37,618 bases of DNA from contig NC_069005.1 of the NCBI RefSeq assembly GCF_001194135.2, positions 26,566,847-26,604,464 of the forward strand, read 5' to 3'. A model generated the notes under the pieces. The model did not search any database and was not told where the DNA came from. It saw only the letters and a program-made list of their open reading frames with translations. Made by a program: the position numbers and the translations under genes. Shown here in pieces: positions 10,216-23,200 of this stretch. How positions within the stretch are numbered: the stretch's first letter is position 1; each line of letters opens with the position of its first letter. Source of the DNA: Octopus bimaculoides (lineage: Eukaryota).

Positions 10216-13209
10216 GACGGGCTTCTTTCAGTTTCCGTCTACCAAATGAATTCACAAGCCTTTGGTCAGCCCGAGGCTATAGTAGAAGACACTTGCCCAA
10301 GTGGGACTGAACACAGAACCATGTGGTTGGGAAGCAAGTTTCTTACCACACAGCCACACAAACCAGTGCCTAAGTCAACATGTCATGCTGAGTACATTTA
10401 GAAACGGTTATTTTCATGCATAAAAATAGTCATGCTGCTTGCTTTTTGTTACTTTTTTGCGGGGTGGGGATGGGGGACACACAAAATCTGTCAGAACACA
10501 TTTTACTTTATATTATAAAAAAATCAAAGGGAAAATTAGTTTCACATTACAGGATTTCTGGTCAGGGCAAAATTCCCAAAACTGCATTGGTCTTCCATAA
10601 TATGAGGGATTCTTATGTATCTATTCGTCTTCTCTGCCCACCATTCCTGAGAGAGCAGTGGCAGAAGAGTCCTCAAATGTCTCGTCTGTAAGGGCCTATC
10701 AGAAGGTCCCTCTGACAAGTCCTGCATTTACCTTTCCCAGTAAACTGACATCTGACTGTCCAAAGAAGACTTCAGAAATAACTAGTAGCAACTCCTCTTG
10801 AAAATGGACAGAATTTGGCACCAAGGTGTTATCAAGTACCTTCAGAAAAAAGGGTTTAATCCCCGAAGGACATGCTGGCATGCTTGCTACATTAGGGGTT
10901 GATGCTCCAGCTTTATTAACAGTGCAAAAGTGGACAGCTAAATTTAAGGGATTCTCCAGCTGGATTCCCAAGCATGGCTAACAGAGATTATGAATATCAT
11001 TCAAGTATCTTCCTCTTGGTCCAACCTCAATTCTGTTGCATGATAGGCTTAGCTTGAAGAATCTGTCTTGCGAGAATTACATTCTGATCACGTGTCTGTA
11101 GTACCAGAGCTGTGACCGCTCAATGCAGAGAAGTAGTGGCTTGACTTGGTGAGGTGGGGTGGGGGACTCCCTTATCTCAGCAGAGATCAAGGAGTCTCTC
11201 TCCCTGTCAATTAACATTACTCCAGAGATCCTTTGGAGAAACCCTGCTTCAGCCACTTGTAGCCACGCTCATATTCTGTCCGTCATTACCCAACGTTCAT
11301 GACAATAAACGAGGAGTTCCATCAGAATTAAATTTCTGCCAGTTGATTGCCGTTTGGAGTTGTACTGATACACTCCAACCAAAACACATGCACGTGCACA
11401 CACACACACACACACGCATGCACATGCACACACACACACATACGCGAGCTGGCAGAAACGTTAGCACGCCGGGCGAAATGCTTAGCGGTATTTCGTCTGC
11501 CGCTACGTTCTGAGTTCAAATTCCGCTGAGGTCGACTTTGCCTTTCATCCTTTCGGGGGTTGATAAATTAAGTACCAGTTATGCACTGGGGTCGATATAA
11601 TAGACTTAATCCGTGTTTGTCTGTCCTTGTTTGTCCCCTCTGTGTGTAGCCCCTTGTGGGTAGTAAAGAAATAACACATACGCACACACACACATACACA
11701 CAAACCATATAATTGGAGAATTGGGGGGGGGGAGTTTTCTGCGCAAATCCATGCAGAAAGTAAGAGAAATGTTAACTCACACATACCGTCCGTACTCATT
11801 TCTTCGTTTAATCGGGCTAATCTCAATCTGAAATTTAAAACAAAAATATTACCGAAACAATAACAACATCACCAACAAAGCTACTTACCACACAGCCACT
11901 CCAATATATAACTATTTGTGTGTGTGTGTGTGTGTGTGCATGGTTACATGTATATACGTGTATGCTCGTGTTTGTGTATGTATATATCTGTGTGTGTGTG
12001 TGTGTGTATATATATATAGGCATGCACATATGTACATGTGTGTGTGTGCGTGTAGTTTTTAAAAAATTACACATAATGTATGCGTTTTTACATGTGAGTT
12101 ATCTTCCTTAAATCACATAGCCAGATGGCGTAGCTATACAACACACAGTATCCAGCCTGGTTTGGAACTGCTAATCATGCGGTCAATGGTTCAGATAAGA
12201 AAAAAAACAAAAAAACAAAGACCACAAGTGGGAAAAATTGTAGTCAAAGAGGTGACCTCTACGTGGTCGTTTCATATACTCGAAATAGCAACCACATCTC
12301 CCTCAAAACACATCATGCGACAAAAAAGAAAAAAAAGCTATAATGGATAACGTAGTTTCCAATAGGCAGCATATCATATCCTGCCTTACAGTCATTGGAC
12401 TGCAGTCATGCTGGAGCACTGCCATAAAAGATTTAGTTGAGCATATCAAATCCCAGTACTTACTTACTTTTAAGCTTGGTGCTTATTCTATCTTTTTGCC
12501 AAACTGCTAAGTTATGGGACAAAAGCAAACCAACACTAGTTGTCCAGCAGTGGTGAGAGACAAACACAAACACACACACACACACACAAGGCTTTAGTCA
12601 GCCCGGGGCTATAGTAAAAGACACTTAGCCAAGGTGGACCCAAAACTCTAAGTGATTGGAAAGCAAACTTCTGAACCCCACAGCATTGTCTGTGCCAATG
12701 GTCACTTTAAGAATATCTTTTTATCAGAGGTCTGCTCGATCCAGGTTGACCTGGGGTTAAACAATAACTGGAGTATCACAAGTGCGTCCACCTTATTGGA
12801 AAAAGTTTCCAGATAAACAAAGAAAATCTAAATCAAACTGTGGCCATGCTGGGGCACTGTTTTGGAAGAATTTTATGTTGGATGAATCAATCCCCAGTAC
12901 TTTTTTTTTTTAAGCCTGGTACTTACTCTATTGATCTCTTTTGCCAAACCGCTAAGTTACAGCGACGTAAACATACCAACGTCAGTTGTCAAGCAGTGGT
13001 GGGACACACACACACACACACAAACACGTGTGCACATATATATATATATATATATATATATTACATACAAAAATAAGAGGAATGACCAACAAAAGTGGAC
13101 TCCTATATGCTAGAATAGATGCCGAATCATCTAACCACGAAAAAATATGTTCTCAGTAAAAATTTAGCGACACAACAGACTGTAAAAGGGCAAGACAAAT
13201 AAAAAAAAT

Positions 13210-13247
<38 letters not shown>

Positions 13248-16200
13248 TGGTGCATAATCATTGCAGTTTTTTTCAACAAATTTTATGCAACAAAAAACAA
13301 TAACAACACGTAACAAAAACATCTTTAAATGATTATTCCAGAGCATATTAACCATCTATTTCAATTACTGCTTCCCATTTGCTTGGCAGACTGTCAGACC
13401 ATCATTTAAAGATGTTTTTGTTAAATATTGTTATTGCTTTTGTTGAATAAGATTTGTTGAAAAAAAAGCTGCAATAATTATGCACCAATCCAATATATAC
13501 GACAGGCTTCTTTTAGTTTTCATCTACCAAATCCACTCTCTCACAAGGTTTTGGTCAGCCGGAGGCACTAGTAGAAGACACTTGCATGAGGTGTCATGCT
13601 GTGGGACTGAACTCAAAACCATGTGGTCGGTAAGCAAGCTTCTTACCACATAGCCATGCCTGCACCTAAAGACAAAGCCCTCAAGATTTTCATCAAAAAA
13701 TCAGTTTTAACCCTAATTGCCATATTCTAACATGTATAAGGAACCCTTTTTTGTCAAAATTTAGGTTAAAAAAATATGGAGCTTCTTATACATGGACAGT
13801 ATTATAATCCCTTACAAAACCTTTTTTCCAAATTTTAAGCCCCAAAATTAGGGGATTCCATATACATGTTAAAATATGGTAATTTAGAAGAACTAAATGA
13901 GTCTGAAGAAATTAGTTAAGTCTTTTATCCCAACCAGTCCATGTGAAAGCCAAGTGAAGTGAATGGCCCAAGATCAAATGATGATGCATTGCAATAGCGA
14001 GAACAGTTCAATCATTGCAAAAACAATCAAAAACAATCAAAAATGTTAAAATCTAGTTTGAGGTTTTTATACGTACAGTGTGACTATATCGGCATTAGTG
14101 GCTTCGATAGCAATTGTTTCAGCATCCTGTAAAACAACAACAACAACAACATCTTAAACAAAGAGAATGGTACAAACAAGGTTTCAACCAAACCATAACA
14201 GATTATAGCTAAATTTATGCAGACATCTCTCCTTTCCTCATCATAGTCATTATCAACATCGCCTGTTTTACCAAACTGACATGGCTATGACGATGATCTT
14301 TATAATGTCCAGCATCCAAAAGAATCACACTGTACCACTTTTACCTCAGTTTTTCCCTTCTGCAGATTCCCCCATTTCGTTTAAACCATTAGACACTTCG
14401 GGTGTCATGTGTCAGCACCAGCACAGTCTTCTCCCTTACACATATTCCTCTGTTGCCAAATTATTTTCTCAACTCATCTGTACTTCGTCATTCATGCACA
14501 CCGACATTACACGTTTGGCAAATAATGCTTGCTTTATTTAGCTTCTCTGAAGAAGCCTCTACATTTAGTTTTTTTTCCAATTTGAAGATTCAAATTAGGA
14601 AAACTTAATATCTGAAATCAGCCACTGCTTATAAGATGATAATACTTCAAACTAATTTAATCTGTTGAGGAAATATCTGGCAGAGTTTCAAACACCAACT
14701 CTCTGCTTAGAAATCAAACTCAGATCACTGTGTTTGAATGTAAAGACATAAACAGGACTTGGAGACTGATGATGTCAGCAAACAAAAATAACCAATCAAA
14801 TCTCTGGCAGAAATCACAGCACCAACATGAATACAATTCACTCGATTATTGATGAAGTCAACAAAGAATTGACCACTCAAATCCTTTGGTAGAAGTAAAA
14901 TATCGTTAACATTGATGATGTCAAATAGATAAGTAATAACAGACTCACCTTGCCTTCATTATCTTTGGCATGTCGATCTGCACCACGTTTCAAAAACTGA
15001 CATACTTGCCTGCAAGAGACAACACAAATATCAGTTATTTACTGAGATAAAAACACAAGAAATACATCACTGACAGGCAAGTTACTGCAATATTTATTCA
15101 GATATAACATCTCTTATGGACATGCTGTGTTTAAAAACAATTTATATCAGAGGGAAACAAAAATTATCTCAGTGGTGGCTAGCAGGAGTGGTTTTCATCT
15201 TGCTCTGAATCTATAAGAGACGTTATATCTGGATGAATACTGTGGTCACTTGCCTTTCAATGATGTAATTACATTAAATATGATACACAGATGGCTATTT
15301 CAAATTAATACTGCTTCTACTGAGCATAGTAAATGTGTTCATCTACTAATAATGGTTTCAAATTCTAGCACAATTTCAGCAATTTCAAGGAAATTACATC
15401 GACCCCAATATTCAACTGGTACTTATTTTATCAACCTCAAAGGGATGAGAGGCAAAGTCAACCTCAACAGAATTTGAACTCAGAACATAAAGACAGACGA
15501 AATACCAATAAGCATTTTGCCCGGCATGCTAACGATTCAGCCAGCTTGCTGCCTTATTTATCTACTAATTATGATGTTCTTAATTAGACAAAAACACCAC
15601 CTCATATCAGATCATTAATCAGAGACATTAGCTGAGTTGACTCCTATCTGATTTAGATCCTAGTTTTAACTGATCCTATCACAATCACACACTCAACTTT
15701 GTTGGTATTATCTCAATCAGATTATGCATGTCTAACTGACCATATTTTAGTAGCTCAAACCTCACAGTCAATTGTGTACTGTATCGTCTGTACTGACCAA
15801 ACAATTCGGTCACTTCACTTACCCAGTGTAGCCATGTATCGTAGCATGATGTAAGGGAGTTCTTCCCTTCTGGTCCCGTCGATCCAACTTAGCACCGTTG
15901 AGCAGGAGAAACTCACAGGCAGCTAAAGAACCCTGAAACACAAAATTATTGAAATTAAACATATTGGTTTCAAATCTTGGAACAAGGTTAGCAAGTTCAC
16001 GGGGTNNNNNNNNNNGGGGGGGGAGCAGGAAAGTTAATTACGTCAACCATGGTACTCAATTGGCATTTGTTTTATCAACTTCAAAAAGACGAAAAGCAAA
16101 GTTAACCTCGGCAGGATTTGAACTCGGAACGTAAGGATAGATAAAATGCTGCCAAGCCTTGTCGATTTAAAACACTTTTGCTTATATTATACTATGCTCT

Positions 16201-18866
16201 CATTATAATCAGGATTTATTTAAAATGAATAGTGGCTTACATTCAACCCTTTCGTATCTAAACCAGTCATATGCAACCCTAAATATTCTACTTGTTTTAT
16301 GTTCAATCTGATGAGATTCAGCCTCTCACACCTACCCTACAATGTTATCCTAAAAATAAACAATCATCATCATCATCGTTTAATGTCCGCTTTCCATGCT
16401 AGCATGGGTTGGACGATTTGACTGAGGACTGGCAAGCCAGAAGGCTGCACCAGGCTCCATTCTGATTTGGCAGAGTTTCTACAGCTGGATGCCCTTCCTA
16501 ACGCCAACCACTCAGAGAGTGTAGAGGGTGCCTTTACGTGCCACCGGCATGAAGGCCAGTCAGGCGGTACTGGCAACGGCCACGCTCAAAATGGTGTATT
16601 TTACATGCCACCTTCACAGGAGCCAGTCCAGCGGCACTGGCAACGATCAATCACATCATCAAAATCTCAAACCTCCAAGACAATACATGATTAATTCCGA
16701 GCAATGTGAATAAATAAGCATTACATTTGGGTCTAATCCGAATGCTTAACCCTTTAAGGTCGGATGTGGCTTATTGACACACTACTAAATTCTGAAAACG
16801 GGTGCAGTATATAAGCCACAATTGAGTTATAAGCTATTTCATTGATTATCATCTTGTATTTTCCCCCCATTTTTTTGCATCCTGCATGAAAAGACTTGCT
16901 ACTTATACCCAACCTTAAAGGGTTAAGGGTTAATGTAAAGTATGTGGTTTAACAGAATGGTTCATCATCATCATCGTTTAACATCCGTTTTCCATGCTGG
17001 ATGCCCTTCCTAATGCCACATGCATCACAGACTGGTCTCTCTATATTTTAATATTCAATATTGCTGAGGCGGAGATAATAAAATAAAAGTTTCGTTATAC
17101 AGTGTAATATGCATTCATCTACGCCCATGTTAGCATGCAAAAAGACTGACATAAAATAAATGAAACAGCACCCAAGGACGAATCATCTGACCTATTTTGC
17201 TGATGGCACAAAATATCGCAGGCAGTTAGGAACCCAGAGGACATCATAAAACTGCAGAAAGACCTGAACGAAATCTACAAATGGGCTAACAAAAATAGCA
17301 CGCAGTTCAATGCTATGAAATTTCAGGCACTCCACTATCGGTTCAACACCAGGTTAAAATCAGAAGATAATATGATCCCAGAGTGACAACACCTGGGTGC
17401 CTAAGTCCACCCGCTCTGTTGTAAGAAGATCAAGCCTACTCTCTCATTCACTCACGTACACAAAAAACAGTGATGTCAAAAGAGACTTGGGACAAAATCC
17501 AATAAGTAAGATACACCCATACCGTTTCCACTGACTTCATAAGTGGTGTCTTCCCTTCATCTTCTTCGTTGATCCAATTTGAATTCCCACCGTGTGCTAA
17601 AGCTTCGACCATCACTGGAAGGTTACGGGCTTGTGCTGCCTTGTATAATAACATGTTTGGGTCAAGCTTGCTCATGTCTTCCCAGGAAGTTGTTGACTTG
17701 GCATCTTCTGTGTCTTCAGTTTCTGTAGAGGAGTCTTCAGAGCTGTCCAGGTCAAGATCTGTAACAACAACAACAGAAACAAAAAAGGGTCATGTATGGG
17801 TCCCAGATGAGAAATATTGACATAGATAATAAAGGTACAAAAAAGAAAAAAAGAATGGGCCTGTGTAAGAAGTTTATTTATATAAAAGGAGTGGGTATAA
17901 ACTCTATGGACTGTGCCCATTGTAAATATGAACACACAAAAGATGTACTGGAATCACAGACAGACAAGCAGAGAATATAAGCTTGATATGGAATTCCACA
18001 GGGATTCCATGCATGGAAGCTAAACCTAGACTCCTCAGTTGAACTTAGCAAAGACAAAGGACTTAGTAAGTAGAGAAGAAGACAGAAGCCTGGTACCTTC
18101 AGGGAAATGGCCTTGCTCAGTATGGAGAAAAGGAGTAGATACAAATTCCATATACTGTACCCAATATATGCTATAGATGCACCAGAGATGTAGTGGAATC
18201 ACAGGGAGACTAACAGAGAATATAATAAGCTTTGTATGTCACAGATCTACTGGAGCAGTATGTTCTAGAAACACACTTGACTCCCTTAATTTCCTGGATG
18301 GTTAACTAGAAGTAGTTGATAGCTGTTACCACCATGGAGATGTCACCAACAGGAGAAGTGGTTACTCCTACTAACATTGTTGGCAACAAAGGTTTTTTTT
18401 TCTTGCAGAGTGAAAGGCAGATTGCATGATGCTTGCGTTAGAACTGCAATGCTGCATCATAAAGTGTTAAGGACCTTGGACATAGAGTACCTGAGAGGAA
18501 TGGAAAGAAACGAAGTGAGCATGCTTCCATTGGATATGCAATGTAAATGTGCATGAATAACATAGTATAAATATGCTGAGAGGGAAAACAGGGAATAAAA
18601 GGAACCAATGTCAGCATGCAAGAAAGGAGACTAATATTGGTATGGATTTGTGATGCTTATGGATGCAGACAACAATAGAAAATAGGTGCCAATCAACGTG
18701 AATGGCATTTGTGGAAGAGGGAAACAAAACAAGGGATGGGATGAAGTAATGAAGGCTGCTCTGAGGACCCTGAGCCTCACAGAAAAGATGATCAAAGACC
18801 AGGACATCTAGCAATACAGGGTCCAAGAGAAGATCTGCCCATTATGGCAAAACTGAGTTCTGGAAG

Positions 18867-18901
<35 letters not shown>

Positions 18902-20200
18902 GTGCACAAATGATCATCTCAACCAACCGCCTCCTTCAACACACCTCCACTGCCATCTCTCAATGCAGCTACTGCATTTTGATGCTGTTTTTAATTTCTT
19001 GCTATCCAGAACCATTTCACTTGGTAGTTGTCCAACACATGCCAGCATGGAACATGAATAATAAATGCTAATGTTGGTTTATATATATATATATATATAT
19101 GTTGTTAGGTTATTTTCAGTTAAGAACATACAGTACAGTACAAAACTGGAGGACTATGATGAATAGGAGGAGGCTGAGGACTGAACCTTCGTGGACTCCT
19201 ACCTCTACCCGGAATTCTTCACTGTACTCATTGCCAACCCTCACCTTACTGACAGCGTCCCTGTACATGGCTTGCACAGCTCTCACTGACCATTCATCTA
19301 TCCCTAGTTTCCTCATTGACCACCAGATAAGAGATTGGTGGACCCTGTCAAAGGCTTTCTCCATGTCAACGAAAGCCAGGTACAGAGATCTATCTTTGGC
19401 TAGGTATTTCTCCAAAGATAAAGATTAAAGGTGTTCTTCCATCAGGATAATGCTCGGCCTCAAATGCTGGAGCAGGTTGAATGGAAAATGATGCCCCACC
19501 CATCATATGAGACACCTCTTGTAATCATCTGAAGAGACATATCTACACTGATGAAGACTACTAAACTACTCCCTCTTCCAGCTCTCTCATTAATCACACA
19601 CACACACATATATATTCATAAACATACATAGATACCGAATCCATCCCCTGCTAATTAACATTGTTATCTTAACTGCCACTGCAGAGTTCCTGAAGTAGAG
19701 CCAACGGAAGTGTACCACGGCTGCAGATAGCAACAAGTAGCCTAACTGTCGGTGCTCTACTCAACATTCAGACACACTAATTGACTTATACTTAATAGTC
19801 CAAATCATTTATATATTGATAGAAATGACATCAAAAGAAAGAAAGAGACCTTGATATTATGTAAATAGAGGAATTTATCTGTAAAAATATGTGACACTTA
19901 TACCGAATAAGTGTCACATATTTTTACAGATATATATATATATATATATATATATANNNNNNNNNNNNNNNNNNNNNNNNNNNNNNNNNNNNNNNNNNNN
20001 NNNNNNNNNNNNNNNNNNNNNNNNNNNNNNNNNNNNNNNNNNNNNNNNNNNNNNNNNNNNNNNNNNNNNNNNNNNNNNNNNNNNNNNNNNNNNNNNNNNN
20101 NNNNNNNNNNNNNNNNNNNNNNNNNNNNNNNNNNNNNNNNNNNNNNNNNNNNNNNNNNNNNNNNNNNNNNNNNNNNNNNNNNNNNNNNNNNNNNNNNNNN

Positions 20201-20242
<42 letters not shown>

Positions 20243-23200
20243 TTTATTTAAAAGCAGCAGAAATATAACAAAAAACTGTTACTCTGAGTTTCACGTTCCC
20301 GTTCATCAGACAGTTTTGTTATATATATATATATATATATATATAAATACACATACACACATGTATATATGTATGTATTATGATGTAGGCACATGTGTGT
20401 TTGCATGTGTTTATGAATGTGTGTATCTCCCCATCTATTTGTGTAGGTTTACATGTATGTATGTATGGATGTATGTATGTATGCCCTGGCTGATATGAGC
20501 GAAAGAAGAGTGTTGATTTTTTCATGAAAGCCAAACAACTGGCATTTCAACAACATATGCTTCTTCCTATTTCTGCGTTGAGAAGCAAGATTAATATAAT
20601 TTCTTCCCCCCAGGAGCTACACATCAAACTTAATAGGATCCATCAATTTGTTTCCCCAAGGGAGGAAAGCGGGGGGGGTAAAAGGGGAACGCAACCAATG
20701 AAATCTAATGCAATAAACAAATTTTTTCCTCCTGAGAGTTACAAACAAAACTTAATAGGTTTCAAAGAATTCATTGCAACATTTAAATTAATTCCAAGTG
20801 AATCTCATTTAGAGAAGACTTAATTAGAGCTGAAAGATGTCATCCACATGAGTAATGGTTTTAATTGAAAGTTTTTTTTGTTTTGTTTTTAAATTAAGTG
20901 TTTGGAGTGTCCTGGCTATGACATTAAACAGCATCCGGTCGAGAGGCACCAGTTCATATGTTTGAGTTGTGGGGAACAAAGAGTGACTCCTTAATTACCA
21001 TTACTCCCAGATCTGTTCTGTAACAGAATGGTAATACCCGTCAGGGTCCCATCTGTAGGTTAAATTGATTTTTGTAAGGGTAGACTGAACTCCTCAGCTG
21101 TGATAGAAGTGATCAATCTAGAAGGTAAGCTCCAAACTTAATACCCTCTTCCAACACAGAAGCCAGCACAGAAGTGTTGTTGTTGTTGGCACTCCATCGC
21201 TTACGATGTCGAGGGTTCCAGCTGATCCGATCAACGGAACAGCCTGCTCGTGAAATTAATGTGCAAGTGGCTGAGCATTCCACAGACACGTGTACCCTTA
21301 ACGTAGTTCTCGGGGATATTCAGTGTGACACAGTGTGACAAGGCTGACCCTTTGAATTACAGCCGACACACAAAACAAGAAGAAAGAGTGAGAGAAAGTT
21401 GTGGTGGAAGAGTACAGCAGGGTTCGCCACCATCCCCTGCCGGAGCCTTGTGAAGCTTTAGGTGTTTTCGCTCAATAAACACTCACAACGCCCGGTCTGG
21501 GAATCGAAACCGTGATCCTATGACTGCGAGTCCACTGCCCTAACCACTGAGCCATTGCGCCTCCACGCACAGAAGTGTATGGCTGATGATACTAACATGA
21601 GGTGTGTCCAATAACATAGATTTATATTATGGAGGTAACTATCTCATGTTAGTGCATATTCTGCTGCAGAGGGAGATACCAGGAAACAATGATGAACTGG
21701 CACAATGGTCTGAAGTACAAACAAGGAAATGCACATTTCATGACCACTGGTAACATAAGGTCATTGGTCAAACCATGTCATGAATGCTGTTGCTGAAAAT
21801 AACAAGGACTGCTATTCAACAAGGATGCCATCAAATTTGACCTTTTTTTCTGTCCAAGAAGGTTTTTAACCCAATATTCTACATGCTATAACTTATAGTT
21901 TTATCTACTACAAATTCTACAATCAAAATGATTTATTTCATATATTTTTTTTAAATTCTAAAAAGCTAAAATTCTTATAATGTAAACAACATACAAGCCT
22001 TACTGGAAACAACTGACTCTGTTGGTTACAAGAATGTTCCAACTGATCTGATCACTGAGACAGTCTGCTCATGTGATATGATGTACGACTTCTCATCATC
22101 ACTGTTATAATATCAAATGTTCCTGATGTTCTCTTATTACTTTCCATCTGTGTATCTTCAACAAGCACTACACGATATCTTTATTCAATAATTCCTACGA
22201 CCTGTACAATATGACTGCGATTGCTCATTTATACTAACAAGCATAGTTCACTTAGCCAATCATGGGGGTGTACAGGTTCCCCATACAACATCATGAAATT
22301 AACATGCAAGTGGTTGAGCACTCCACAAACACGTACTCTTAACACAGTTCTCAGTGTGACACAAAATGTAACAAGGCTGGACCTTTGAGATACAGGTACA
22401 ATTCATTTTTGCCAGCTGAGTGGAGTGGGGGCAAGATGGAATAAAGTGTCTTGCTCAAGGACACAATGAGCCGAGCCACCAGAAATTGTACTCACAACCT
22501 TATGAATGTCAGCCAAATACCATAACCACTAAGCCACGCACCTTCAACATGATGGTTGCAATGTGAAAGACACTCATCAGACATTCAAAGATGCACAGGA
22601 GACTTAACTTCACTTGAACATTATTTAGTTTCAAAATTTTCATCACACCAACAACAACCTGGTCACTCAGATGTCAAGAAGCTCTTCACGAACTGACCAA
22701 TGACCAGGCTCAATGACATGTAAACATTTACAAACAACTGTTGTACCCAATGTAGGCTACAGGTGCACAAGAGATGTAGTGAAATCACAGAAAGACTAGC
22801 AGAGAACTTAAGCTTCGTATGGAGCAGCGCTTTCTAAAAACAAACTTGATCCCCTTAATTTCTTGGATGGTCAACTAGAAGTAGTTGATAGCTTTTGCCA
22901 CTTAAGAGATGTCATCAACAAGGGAAGTGGTTGCTCCAATTATCATTGTTGTCAACAAAGGTCTTTTCCTACAAAGTGAAAGGCAGAGTGTATGATACTT
23001 GAGTTTGAACTGCAATGCTACATGGTAAAGAGACATGGACCTTGAACATAGGGTACTTGAGGAAACTGGAAAGAAATGAAGTGGGCATGCTTCCATTGGA
23101 TATGCATTGTAAGTGTGCATGAATGACAGAACAAATGTGCTGAGAAAACAAAAAGAAAAAACTGGACATAAAAAGAACCAATGTTAGTGTGCAAGAAAGA

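Larger units (their letters stand above)
16247..16929. mobile_element. piggyBac-like MITE (cccttt...ggg, TCAA/TTAA flanks) hosting two later insertions
   Basis: Segments 16247-16365 and 16646-16745 match, in reverse orientation, the element at 31937-32420 and the fragment at 36826-36875. Confidence 0.7.

Noticed and set aside
19690-19765. CTGAAG followed by a gtagagc...gctctac stem, as a possible hammerhead
   Set aside because: The core is incomplete (CTGAAGT, not CTGANGA), and there is no GAAA box after the stem.
21490-21566. tRNA-like sequence with box A and box B
   Set aside because: It continues into a SINE body, tail and TSD, and no clean cloverleaf is evident. The same applies to the other SINE heads.
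22555-22585. Minus-strand CTGATGA followed by a gtg/cac mini-stem
   Set aside because: It lacks the GAAA box and stem I. Other isolated CTGATGA hits (e.g. near 240, 14766, 19546, 21586, 33526) also lack the remaining elements.
22550-22735. Possible mariner N-terminal remnant
   Set aside because: The similarity is too weak to support by eye.
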